DNA of 64,000 nucleotides from Vulcanimicrobiota bacterium (GTDB taxonomy: Bacteria; Vulcanimicrobiota; Vulcanimicrobiia; Eremiobacterales; Eremiobacteraceae): assembly GCA_963805945.1 (NCBI GenBank), contig CAWDVP010000004.1:120830-184829 (forward strand). Direction: 5' to 3'. The notes beneath the pieces were generated by a model, which was given only the letters and a program-made list of their open reading frames with translations, ran no database searches and was not told the DNA's origin. Below, piece after piece: positions 27,957 through 37,152 of the stretch. The position numbers and the translations under genes were made by a program. Each line of letters begins with the position of its first letter. Position 1 is the stretch's first letter.

Positions 27957-29075
27957 ATGAAGACTTATCGATCGTCGATCGCGTCGCTATGCGTCGCGGT
28001 CGCACTCATCCTGGTGGCGGGCGCACCGGCATCGGCAGCATTGCGCGCCGTCACCTTCGTATCGCCGAGCACCGGCTGGGTCGCCGGCGACGGCATCATC
28101 GCCGCGACCACCGACGGCGGCAGGACGTGGCACCAGCAATATTCGGGCAGGGCGCAGATCTCGTCGTTGAGCTTCGTCAGCGCGAGCACCGGCTGGGCCG
28201 CCGGCGTCGATCCGATTCCGGGCACGGGCGTGCTCTTGGGAACGCTCGACGGCGGACGCACGTGGAACAAACTCGCCGAACCGCCGAGCAGCGCGCGCAT
28301 CGTGAGCTTCGGCGATTCGTCTGTCGGCTACGCGATGGAGGGCGGCTCGCTGCTCGAGTCCGGCGTCGTGCCCGAACGTTCGACGCCGTTCTTCGGCGGC
28401 CGCCTCGCGCAATCGACCGATGGCGGACATTCCTGGCACGTCTTGGACAATCCGATGCTCGTCGACACCGTGTGCGCCAGCAGCTCGCGCAGCGCGTTCG
28501 CCGCGTACCAAGCGGCGGTGCTACGCGCGGTCGACAATGGCGAATCGTTCAACCACGTCTTCTCACCGCACATCGACACCCATCTCGTGTGGTATGCGAG
28601 CGTGCATTGCGCCGGCGACGACGTCGCGTGGGTGCAGTTCTCGAGCACGCCGGTCGGTGATCAACGGCCGTGGATCGTCTTCCGTACGACCGATAGCGGG
28701 CAGACGTGGCAGCCGATGCTCATGAACAAGAAGACGCCGGCGGCGTACTACCATCCCGATAACAGCAGCGCTGCTGACGCACCGGGTCCCTGGCCCGGAC
28801 CGTTCGCAGTCATCGATGCGAGCACCGCGTTCTTCGTCGGCGGGTGTCCGCAATGCGGCGCGCACGGCACGCTCACGATCACCGGCACGATCGACGGCGG
28901 CGCCACCTGGCAACCCGTCGCGAGCATCCCCGATCTGACGCTTGCCGGTCCCGTCGCCGTGTCGTTCGCGAACCGCGCGCGCGGTTGGGTGGTCGGCACC
29001 GGAGCCGACGGCTCTCCCGCCATCGAGATGACCGCCAACGGCGGTCTTGCCTGGACGAGGCAGCGGCTGAAATGA
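27957..29075 (+). CDS. Secreted BNR/YCF48-like beta-propeller protein
   Basis: Signal peptide; repeated T.DGG.TW Asp-box motifs. Confidence 0.85.
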   Translation: MKTYRSSIASLCVAVALILVAGAPASAALRAVTFVSPSTGWVAGDGIIAATTDGGRTWHQQYSGRAQISSLSFVSASTGWAAGVDPIPGTGVLLGTLDGGRTWNKLAEPPSSARIVSFGDSSVGYAMEGGSLLESGVVPERSTPFFGGRLAQSTDGGHSWHVLDNPMLVDTVCASSSRSAFAAYQAAVLRAVDNGESFNHVFSPHIDTHLVWYASVHCAGDDVAWVQFSSTPVGDQRPWIVFRTTDSGQTWQPMLMNKKTPAAYYHPDNSSAADAPGPWPGPFAVIDASTAFFVGGCPQCGAHGTLTITGTIDGGATWQPVASIPDLTLAGPVAVSFANRARGWVVGTGADGSPAIEMTANGGLAWTRQRLK

Positions 29076-30254
29076 CGTCAACGGTGCTCGAGGTCCCCGC
29101 GGCGGTCGTCCGCGATGTGGTCGCGCTGCGGCGCGATTTCCACGCGCATCCGGAATTGGGTTTCGAAGAGAACCGCACCGCGGGCATCGTGGCGGAACGC
29201 CTCAAGGCGCTCGGGTACGAAGTGCGCACCGGCATCGGCCAGACCGGCGTCGTCGGCATTCTGCGCACGAAGAAGCCCGGTAAGACCGTGCTGCTGCGCG
29301 CGGACATGGACTGCTTGCCGATTCGAAGAGCTCAGCGGCGTCGAATATTCGTCCACGCATGCCGGCAAGATGCACGCGTGCGGTCACGACGGCCACACCG
29401 CCATGCTGCTCGGCGCAGCGCAGCTCATCATGGAGCGCCGCGATCTGCTCAGCGGCACGATCGTGCTCTGCTTCCAGCCCGCCGAAGAAGGCAAAGGCGG
29501 CGCCAAGGCGATGATCGAGGACGGCCTGCTCGACGATCCGCACGTCGATCGCGTCTACGGCATCCATCTCACCTCGCTCTATCCGGTCGGCCAGGTGCTC
29601 GTCAAAGCGGGCCCGGTGATGGCGTCGAGCGATTCCATCGAGATCACGATCCACGGGCGCGGCGGCCATGGCGCTGCGCCGCACCAGACCGTCGACCCGA
29701 TCGTCACGGCGGCGCACTTCGTGACGCAGCTGCAGCAGGTCGTGAGCCGCCAGGTCGATCCGTTGCAGCCGGCGGTGGTGACGATCGGTGCGATCCACGG
29801 CGGCACGATCCACAATGTCATCCCCGACAAGGTCGACCTGCTCGGCACCGTGCGCGCGTTCTCAGAAGATGAGCGCAGTCGGATGCACCCGCGCATCGAG
29901 ACGGTGCTCGGCGGCTGCTGCGAGGCCTTCGGCGCGAGCTACGACTACAAATATCTCGATCGCTATCCGGTGACGGTGAACGATCCCGTGCACGCGGCCT
30001 ACGTGCGCGACCTGGCGGCGCGCACCGTCGGCGCCGAGCGCTCGCGCGAGCTCACGCCCACCATGGGCGCGGAGGACTTCTCGTTCATGCTGCTGGAGCG
30101 GCCCGGCTGCTTCTTCTTCGTCGGCTCGCAATCCGACGAGCGCACCGCGGTCGCCCACCACAACGCACGCTTCGCCATCGACGAGGCGTGCCTGCCCACC
30201 GGCGTGCAGATGTTGCTCGCGCTCGCGCTCGATGCGCCCACCCGTGAACTGTAG
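29072..30254 (+). CDS. M20 family amidohydrolase (single frameshift near 29322)
   Basis: RRDFHAHPELGFEE and LLRADMD in one frame, then MHACGHDGH, FQPAEE and AEDFS in the next. Confidence 0.92.
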
Positions 30255-30269
30255 CCGAGAAGGGATCGC

Positions 30270-31040
30270 ATGACGATCTTTCACGTCCAATTCGACGTCC
30301 GCCTCATCGTGCTCGCCGTGGCGGTGCTCATCCTCATCTGCAGCGAGCTGGGGTTCCGCTACGGGCGCCGGCGCGCTGGCCGCCTCGGCGCCGAGGAATC
30401 GGTCGGCGCGATTCTGGCGGCCGCGTTCGGCGTCGTCGCTCTCCTGCTCGCCTTCTCGTTCCAACTCGCGGTCACGCGCTATGACGTGCGCCGCGAAACG
30501 GTGGTCCGCGAGGCGAACGCCATCGGCACGACCATCCTGCGCGCGCAGCTGCTCGACGCGCCGACCCGCGCACAGATGCTGCCGCTGCTGCGCCAATACG
30601 TCGCGAGCCGGATCGCGTTCTCAGAAGCCGGGGCCGATGCGGCCGGCCGGACGTCGGCCGATGTGGGGTCCGACCGGCTGCAGCACGAGATGTGGGCGCT
30701 TGCGATGTCGGCGGCACGGCGCGATCCGCACTCGACGCTGATGCCGTTGTTCATCGCCACGCTCAACGACGCGATCGACGCGAGCGGCGAGCAGAGCGCC
30801 GCGCTCGCCGCGGCTATCCCGACACCGATCCTCTCGGTGCTGCTCGTCATCGTGCTCGTCTCTGCGGTCCTGCTCGGCATGGACTCAGGGCGCCAGGGCC
30901 AGAGAGGCCTCGTGCCAACGCTGTTGTTCGCGTTCATGCTGGCGCTGTCGATCTACATCATCTTGGATCTAGACCTTCCGCAGCGAGGGTTGATCAAGGT
31001 CAATATCTCGCCGCTCATCCAGCTGCAGAGCCTATTCTGA
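30270..31040 (+). CDS. Membrane protein, DUF4239-like
   Basis: LLLAFSF...RYDVRR..VV.EANAIGT..LR and ILDLDLPQRGLIKV. Confidence 0.75.
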   Translation: MTIFHVQFDVRLIVLAVAVLILICSELGFRYGRRRAGRLGAEESVGAILAAAFGVVALLLAFSFQLAVTRYDVRRETVVREANAIGTTILRAQLLDAPTRAQMLPLLRQYVASRIAFSEAGADAAGRTSADVGSDRLQHEMWALAMSAARRDPHSTLMPLFIATLNDAIDASGEQSAALAAAIPTPILSVLLVIVLVSAVLLGMDSGRQGQRGLVPTLLFAFMLALSIYIILDLDLPQRGLIKVNISPLIQLQSLF

Positions 31041-31048
31041 CGGCCGCG

Positions 31049-31624
31049 GTGCAGCCCATCGAGCATCAGGCGCACACCCGCGCGCGGCTGGAGTCGTTCA
31101 GCGACATCGTCTTCGGCTTCAGCCTCGCGCAGCTGGCGCTCGCATTGCCCACGCCCAGTCATGTGAGCGAGTTGCGCTGGACCGACATCTTTCTCTTCGT
31201 CGCCACGTTCACCGCGGTGAGCTTCCTGTGGTGGCGGCACCATCTCATCTTCCGCGACGTCTTCGTCCCCGAACGATGGAGCATCGTGCTCAACTTCGTC
31301 ATGCTGGCCGCGGTCGCGCTGTCCACGTATGCCATCCAAGCGACGTTCCGCGGCCACATGGGCCTGTCGTCCGTCGTCCTGTACGCGACGGTCCTCGGCG
31401 TCACGTTTCTCTCGCTGAGCGCCATGATCGCGCGTGGTCTGCCGCGGCGCGAGGGCATCACCGACGAGACGCGGCTCGCCAACAAGAGGCTGATGTATGC
31501 GTTCGGCGGCATCGGCGTCATCTTCTTGGGCTCGATCGCGCTCTTGCCGCTCGGCGCGGAGTACATCCCGCTCGCCTGGTGCCTCACGCCGTTCGTACGC
31601 ATCGCTGCCGGGCGGGTCCGCTAA
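31049..31624 (+). CDS. TMEM175-family (DUF1211) cation channel
   Basis: RLESFSDIVFGF signature and W..HH..F. Confidence 0.8.
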   Translation: MQPIEHQAHTRARLESFSDIVFGFSLAQLALALPTPSHVSELRWTDIFLFVATFTAVSFLWWRHHLIFRDVFVPERWSIVLNFVMLAAVALSTYAIQATFRGHMGLSSVVLYATVLGVTFLSLSAMIARGLPRREGITDETRLANKRLMYAFGGIGVIFLGSIALLPLGAEYIPLAWCLTPFVRIAAGRVR

Positions 31625-31626
31625 GC

Positions 31627-32415
31627 ATGTCGCGCGCGTCCGCCCATGGCGAGGAGTTCCTGTATGAAGCGCCGCGCGGCACACGCCCGCACGTCGTGCT
31701 GCTGCCGGGCCTGATCGCGGGCAGCTGGATGTGGGAGCCGACGATGGCGATGCTCGCCGAGCACGGCTACGGCTATCTCGCACTTGCCCGCCCGCTCGCG
31801 GTCGAACGCGAGGACGTGAAGTCCATGCAGGGTTGGGCGCTAGAGCTGATGGACCGCTGCGAGATCGAGCGGGCCGTCATCGCAGGCGGCTCGTTCGGAT
31901 CGCACGTGGCGCTCGCCTGTGCGCTCGAGGCGCCTGAGCGCGTCGAGATGCTCGTGCTCAGCGGCGCGCCCGGGGCGATCACCGCTGCCCAGCTCGGTAT
32001 CTCGTGGCCGGGTAAGATGACACGCTCTGTCGGCGATAAGGTGATCGATAAGCTCTTCGTCGATTGCTCCGTCGTCGCGGAGGAGACGATCGTGCGGACG
32101 CATCAGCTCTTTCGGGAGAGCCGCAACATGCTTCGCGCCATCCGGCTCATGAAAGAGTGCACCGCGTTCGACTACGGCGCGGCGCTCGCGCGCGTCGAGC
32201 CCTTTGTGCTCATGATCTGGGGCGCCGCGGATCAGTTCAGTCCATGCGCGATCTGGCAGGACATCGCGCTCCGCGTTCGCGACGGCGCATTTGTCGTCAT
32301 CGACGGCTGCGGCCATGTGCCGATGATCGAACGGCCGGACGTCTTCAACGCACTGCTCTTGGAACATCTGATGAAGAACAGGACGACGAAAGGCTCAGGC
32401 AGCGCCGCCGACTAG
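31627..32415 (+). CDS. Alpha/beta fold hydrolase
   Basis: GGSFG nucleophile elbow, IWGAAD, CGHVPMIE. Confidence 0.88.
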   Translation: MSRASAHGEEFLYEAPRGTRPHVVLLPGLIAGSWMWEPTMAMLAEHGYGYLALARPLAVEREDVKSMQGWALELMDRCEIERAVIAGGSFGSHVALACALEAPERVEMLVLSGAPGAITAAQLGISWPGKMTRSVGDKVIDKLFVDCSVVAEETIVRTHQLFRESRNMLRAIRLMKECTAFDYGAALARVEPFVLMIWGAADQFSPCAIWQDIALRVRDGAFVVIDGCGHVPMIERPDVFNALLLEHLMKNRTTKGSGSAAD

Positions 32416-32426
32416 CCATCGAAGTG

Positions 32427-32514
32427 TGCTATACTTGACGTACAGCGACTAAGGCATTACCAGATAGCTGCCCCGTACGCATCGCGTACGTCATTGTCGG
32501 GCGGTTTTTTATTT
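32427..32514 (+). promoter_or_regulatory. Extended -10 promoter plus structured leader with terminator (candidate attenuator)
   Basis: TGCTATACT, alternative stems, and a GC hairpin followed by T6, about 50 nt before the ABM-like start. Confidence 0.5.
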
Positions 32515-32563
32515 GGCGAACCCATGATTATCGGCTGTCGTCCATTCATCCAAAGGAGTTCCC

Positions 32564-32884
32564 ATGTTCGCACGCATCGTCAAGATGACCATCAAGCCGG
32601 CCCATGTCACCGACTGGAACGCGACCTTCGAGAAGCAGATCCTCCCCACGCTGCGCAAAGAGAAGGGTTTCCAGGACGAGATCACGCTCGTCGGCCCGAC
32701 CGGCACCGAGATCCTCGCGATCAGCCTGTGGGATAGCAAAGCGAGCGCGGAAGCGTACAACGTCGGAGCCTTCCCGGAGCTGGTGAAGAACCTGTCGCAC
32801 ATGCTCGACGGAAGCCCGAACGTCAAGACCTACGAAGTGGGCAATTCGACCATGCACACGATCTCGCATCCCCTCCCCGTCTAA
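32564..32884 (+). CDS. ABM-like dimeric alpha/beta barrel protein
   Basis: AAGGAG RBS; LRKEKGF...ISLWDSKASAEAY pattern. Confidence 0.75.
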   Translation: MFARIVKMTIKPAHVTDWNATFEKQILPTLRKEKGFQDEITLVGPTGTEILAISLWDSKASAEAYNVGAFPELVKNLSHMLDGSPNVKTYEVGNSTMHTISHPLPV

Positions 32885-32906
32885 CGTCGACACTCCGTCA
32901 CATGAC

Positions 32907-32942
32907 AAGAGCGGCCGGAATCCGGCCGCTCTTCTCTTTTTT
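32907..32942. terminator. Intrinsic terminator between convergent genes
   Basis: AAGAGCGGCCGG-AAT-CCGGCCGCTCTT followed by a T tract. Confidence 0.8.
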
Positions 32943-32958
32943 CCGCCGCCGGCTCGCG

Positions 32959-33639
32959 CTAGGAGCTGAGCGCGCCGTCTTCCATGCGGATCGTGCGGTC
33001 GGCGACGTCGGCGATGCGCGGATCGTGGGTCACGGTCAGCACCGCGCAGCCGCGGTCTTTGGCGAGCGCGCGCAGCAGCTGGGTGACGTGCCGGCCGTTC
33101 TCCGAATCGAGCGACGCGGTGGGTTCGTCTGCCATGATGAGCGGCGGCGCACCGGCGAGCGCGCGCGCGATCGAGACGCGCTGCTTCTCGCCCGCCGAGA
33201 GGTCGCGCGGCAAGCGCTCGGCCTTGGCGGCCAGTCCGACGTCGTCGAGCAGCGCCAGCGCCTGTTGACGTGCGACCGGATTGCGCCCGCCCTTGAGCGC
33301 GAGCGCGAGTTGCACGTTCTCGCACGCCGTGAGCGCGCCGAACAGGTTGAAGCCCTGGAAGATGAAACCGACGCGCTCGAGCCGGAACCGCGCGAGATCG
33401 CGCACCGAGAGCGAGCTGACGTCGGTGCCGAAGGCGGTCACGGTACCCGACGTCGGGGTGAGGATGCCGCCGAGGATCGAGACGAGCGTCGTCTTGCCCG
33501 AACCCGACGGGCCCATGAGCAGCAAGAACTCGCCCTGCTTGATGTCGAGCGACACGCCTTTGAGCGCGCGCACCTGCGTCGAACCCGTGCGGTAGACCAT
33601 CACCAGATCGCGGCCGGTGACCGCCACAGACGCGCTCAT
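32959..33639 (-). CDS. ABC transporter ATP-binding protein (DevA/LolD-like)
   Basis: GPSGSGKTT, LSAGEKQRV, ADEPTASLD. Confidence 0.93.
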   Translation of the reverse strand: MSASVAVTGRDLVMVYRTGSTQVRALKGVSLDIKQGEFLLLMGPSGSGKTTLVSILGGILTPTSGTVTAFGTDVSSLSVRDLARFRLERVGFIFQGFNLFGALTACENVQLALALKGGRNPVARQQALALLDDVGLAAKAERLPRDLSAGEKQRVSIARALAGAPPLIMADEPTASLDSENGRHVTQLLRALAKDRGCAVLTVTHDPRIADVADRTIRMEDGALSS

Positions 33640-34829
33640 GCTTTGAACACCATCGCCGGATCGACGCGCAACGCGCGCTGCACCGCGATCACGGCGGCGA
33701 GCACGCACATGGCGACGATGACCGCGAACGTGAGCGCCGCGCTCGCCGGCGTGATGAGGATGAGCACGTCTTTATGCGCGTGCGCCCACGCCGCGACCAC
33801 ATCGCTGAAGACGATCCCCGGCACGAAGCCGAGCAGCGCCAAGAGCACCGCCTGTTCGACCACGACGCGATAGAACAGCCCATCCGGCGCGCCCATCGCG
33901 CGCAACGTGCCGTACTCCTTGATGTGATCGGCGATCGACGTGTAGAGGATCTGCCCGACCACCGCCATGCCGACGATCAATCCGACGATCGCGGCGAACC
34001 CGAGGATGAATCCGATGCTGGTGCGCTGCTGCCAATAGGCATGCGTCCTGGCGGCCATCTCGGCTTGCGTGTACGCGACCGTTCCCGGCAGCGCATCGTC
34101 GAGACGCTGCTTGAGCGCCACGATATCGGTGCCCGGTTTCGCCCTGACGAGGATGTAGCTGATATCGTCGGTCGGTTTGAGGGCGGCGCCCCCGGGCGGC
34201 GGGGCGTTGATCGCCAGCCCGAGGAACAGCGGCGGCTGCGGCGGCGCGAGGAACGCCTTGGCGTTGGACAGCGACGCATAGATGAAGGTGGCGGAGATGA
34301 TCGGCTGCGTGTCGTGCGCGAGGCCGACGACGCTCACGTCGCGCGTGCCGATCTTGCCCGTGCCGCCGACGCCGGCGATGTTGAGCGACTTGAGATTGCC
34401 GGCGTCCACCACGACGGTGTCGACGCCGGCGAGTTTGGCGAGCACGTCATCTGAGAGCGGCCCGGGCGACCACAGCGCGCCCTGCGGGTCAAAACCGATG
34501 ACGCGGATGTAATCGATCTTATGCTCGGGCCCGCGCCAGGCCGAGGTCTTGATGAGCAGCGCTTCGGCGCGCTCCACGCCGTCGACGCGGCGCGCCTTCG
34601 CGAGGGTGTCGTACTTGATCGGGAACGCGAGCTCGAAGTGCAGATTCTCCTTGGCGGCGACCCAGATGTCCGCTTTCGATTCATCCACCGCCCGGCCCGA
34701 CGACTTGACGAAGCCGAGGAAGATGCCGCTCTGGATGGCGATGAGCCCGACCGCGAACATGACGCCGAGCAACGCGACCACCAGTCGCGGCACGTCTTCG
34801 AACAGCGTCTTGCGGCCGAGCGGGACCAC
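33636..34829 (-). CDS. ABC transporter permease (DevC/FtsX-like)
   Basis: N-terminal TM, periplasmic domain, EYGTLRAMGA, RVDPAMVFK. Confidence 0.9.
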   Translation of the reverse strand: MVPLGRKTLFEDVPRLVVALLGVMFAVGLIAIQSGIFLGFVKSSGRAVDESKADIWVAAKENLHFELAFPIKYDTLAKARRVDGVERAEALLIKTSAWRGPEHKIDYIRVIGFDPQGALWSPGPLSDDVLAKLAGVDTVVVDAGNLKSLNIAGVGGTGKIGTRDVSVVGLAHDTQPIISATFIYASLSNAKAFLAPPQPPLFLGLAINAPPPGGAALKPTDDISYILVRAKPGTDIVALKQRLDDALPGTVAYTQAEMAARTHAYWQQRTSIGFILGFAAIVGLIVGMAVVGQILYTSIADHIKEYGTLRAMGAPDGLFYRVVVEQAVLLALLGFVPGIVFSDVVAAWAHAHKDVLILITPASAALTFAVIVAMCVLAAVIAVQRALRVDPAMVFKA

Positions 34830-34832
34830 GGT

Positions 34833-35747
34833 TCAGGATTTCAAGTACTTGGCGTACCAGGCGAGCATGCGCGCCCACGCGTCGGTCGCGGCCGAGGCGA
34901 CGTACGAGTCGCGGGTGTCGTCCATGAACGCGTGGCCGGCCTCGTCGTAGATCTTGATGTCGTTGGGCACGGTGAGGCGCTTGGCCATCTCGCGCACGTC
35001 GGCCGGGAGAATGCTCGTGTCGCGGCCGCCGAAACTTCCCATGAGCGGCACGCGTACCCGATCGGTCCAGGCGAGCGCCATGTCGGTGATCGGTCCGACG
35101 TTCTCCTGTCCCCAGCGCACCTTGCCGTAGAACATCGCGCACGCGTTGAAGTTCGCGTCGTCGACCGCCGCGCGCAGCGCGATGGAGCCGCCCATGCAGA
35201 ATCCCATGATCCCGATCTTCGGCGGGCGCTGCAATTCGGCGGCGCCGACGCGCTGGCGGATCCACGTCGCGCCGGCCGCCAGGTCGGAGTCGACCGTCGC
35301 GTCCACGAGCTGCTGCGCGAGGGCTGAGAACGGTTTGTAATCGGTGGCGCCGTCGCCGTTGGGCACGTTCTGAAAACGCGCGAAGAGCTCGGGCGCGATC
35401 GCGAAGTAGCCTTGCTTGGCGAGACGCCGCACGATGTCGCGGATCTGCGCGTCGACGCCCCAGATGGCTTGCGTCACGACGACGCCCGGCGTTCTGCCGC
35501 TGGCGTCGCGCGGATATGCGGCGTACGCGGGGATCGATGACGGCGCCGGCAGCATGAAGCGGCCGGTGATGAGCGATGGATCGTCGTCGGGCACGATCGG
35601 CGGATGGGGCTTGCCGAAGCCTGTATCGTCCGCGAGCGCGGTCGCGATCGCGCTCGACGCCGCGGCGACGCCGGCCGAGAGACCGATGAACGCCTTGCGG
35701 CTGAGGTCGAGCGCGGTGGAATTGACGGGATCGGTCGTGTCTGTCAT
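34833..35747 (-). CDS. Dienelactone hydrolase family protein, probable Tat-like signal
   Basis: GFCMGG, AGHAF; N-terminal SRKAFIG. Confidence 0.9.
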   Translation of the reverse strand: MTDTTDPVNSTALDLSRKAFIGLSAGVAAASSAIATALADDTGFGKPHPPIVPDDDPSLITGRFMLPAPSSIPAYAAYPRDASGRTPGVVVTQAIWGVDAQIRDIVRRLAKQGYFAIAPELFARFQNVPNGDGATDYKPFSALAQQLVDATVDSDLAAGATWIRQRVGAAELQRPPKIGIMGFCMGGSIALRAAVDDANFNACAMFYGKVRWGQENVGPITDMALAWTDRVRVPLMGSFGGRDTSILPADVREMAKRLTVPNDIKIYDEAGHAFMDDTRDSYVASAATDAWARMLAWYAKYLKS

Positions 35748-35771
35748 GTTCGTGCGTCCCTCTTGCAGAAT

Positions 35772-36329
35772 CTACGTCGACTTGAGGCGGCGGGTGTAGG
35801 CCGCCAGCGCTTCGAGCAGCTCCACCAGCTTTTTCTTGATGCTCTCGTCGGTCAACTCGCCGACCTCGTTGAATTTCTCTTGCGCGAGCGCGACGTTGAG
35901 TTGCTCGTCGAGGATGCGCATGCCGTTGGTCAACAGGACAGGCAGCAATGCGATCTTCGAACGCACGCTGCCGAAGTAGCTCGTCGAGCAGCCGGCCAGA
36001 CCGACGGGCTTGTCTTCCAAGCACGAATCGTCCCTCGATGCCCAATCGAGCACGTTCTTGGTGATGCCGGACATGGAATTGTTGTATTCGGGCGAGACGA
36101 TGAGGAGCGCATCGGCCGCGCGGATGCCCGCGCACAGGCGCTCCACCGCCGGTGGCGTGCCCGCGTCTTCGACGTCTGCGTTGAAGAGCGGCACGTCGCC
36201 GATGTCGATCGACTCGACGCGCACCCCGGCTGGTGCGAACTTCACCGCGGCGCGCAACAGGGATCTATTGTATGAACCCTTGCGCAGGCTGCCGGAGAAG
36301 GCGGCGATGGTGATCGGCGCTTCGGCCAC
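35772..36329 (-). CDS. NADPH-dependent FMN reductase
   Basis: SGSLRKGSYN, SPEYN, KNVLDWASR. Confidence 0.92.
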   Translation of the reverse strand: MAEAPITIAAFSGSLRKGSYNRSLLRAAVKFAPAGVRVESIDIGDVPLFNADVEDAGTPPAVERLCAGIRAADALLIVSPEYNNSMSGITKNVLDWASRDDSCLEDKPVGLAGCSTSYFGSVRSKIALLPVLLTNGMRILDEQLNVALAQEKFNEVGELTDESIKKKLVELLEALAAYTRRLKST

Positions 36330-37150
36330 TAGCGGGCCTTCTTCGCGCCCAATGCGCGCGCCCCATCGGACTTGGCGGATCTGGTGGCCCACGTGTACAG
36401 CCCGTCGAGCACGAGGCGTTCGTCCACGGCGTCGAAGATCTCGGTGTGCGACGCGATGAGGTCGGCGAGGCCGCCCGTCGCGATGACTTTGGGCTTGCCG
36501 CCGAGCTCCGCGCTGATGAGCTTCACCAGATGCTCCACCTGGCCGACGAATCCGAAGATGATGCCGGATTGCAGCGCGCCCGGTGTGTCGGTGCCGATCG
36601 CCGCCGGCGGCTTCACCAGCGGCACATCCATCAGTTTGGCGGCGCGCCCGATGAGGCCGTCCACCGACACTTCGATGCCCGGTGCGATGGCCGTGCCGAG
36701 ATACTCGCCGGCTGCCGAGATGGCCGCGAAGGTCGTCGCCGTGCCGAACTGCACCACGATGAGCGGCGCGCCGAACTTCGCGACGCCGCCGATCGCCCCG
36801 CCGATGAGATCCGCGCCCAGCTCTGAGGCATGGCGCGTCTTCACGGGCACGAGCGTCTGTCGCGCCGCGGACAAGAACTCAGGCCGGCAGCCGAAGTAGC
36901 GCTGGGCCATGTCGTTGATCGCGCGGTACAGCGGCGGCACGACGCTCGCGACGACGACGCGCGTCACCGAGGACCGGGTGACGCTGTTGAGCCCGAGCAT
37001 GGAGGCGACGTGCGCGGCGAGGTCGTCGCCGGTCTGGCGGCGGTCGGTGACCGAGCGCCAGGTGTGCACGAGCGTGCCCGCGGCCGCGCCGTCGGCCTCG
37101 AACAGGCCGAACTTCACATTGGTGTTGCCGACTTCGACCGCGAGCAGCAC
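36329..37150 (-). CDS. coaX: Type III pantothenate kinase
   Basis: LLAVEVGNTN, SVVP, LGADL, FGTATT, ATGG. Confidence 0.9.
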   Translation of the reverse strand: MLLAVEVGNTNVKFGLFEADGAAAGTLVHTWRSVTDRRQTGDDLAAHVASMLGLNSVTRSSVTRVVVASVVPPLYRAINDMAQRYFGCRPEFLSAARQTLVPVKTRHASELGADLIGGAIGGVAKFGAPLIVVQFGTATTFAAISAAGEYLGTAIAPGIEVSVDGLIGRAAKLMDVPLVKPPAAIGTDTPGALQSGIIFGFVGQVEHLVKLISAELGGKPKVIATGGLADLIASHTEIFDAVDERLVLDGLYTWATRSAKSDGARALGAKKAR

Positions 37151-37152
37151 GG

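Noticed and set aside
27957..29075. YCF48-like protein as evidence of photosynthesis
   Set aside because: Generic BNR propeller; no photosynthesis genes in the window
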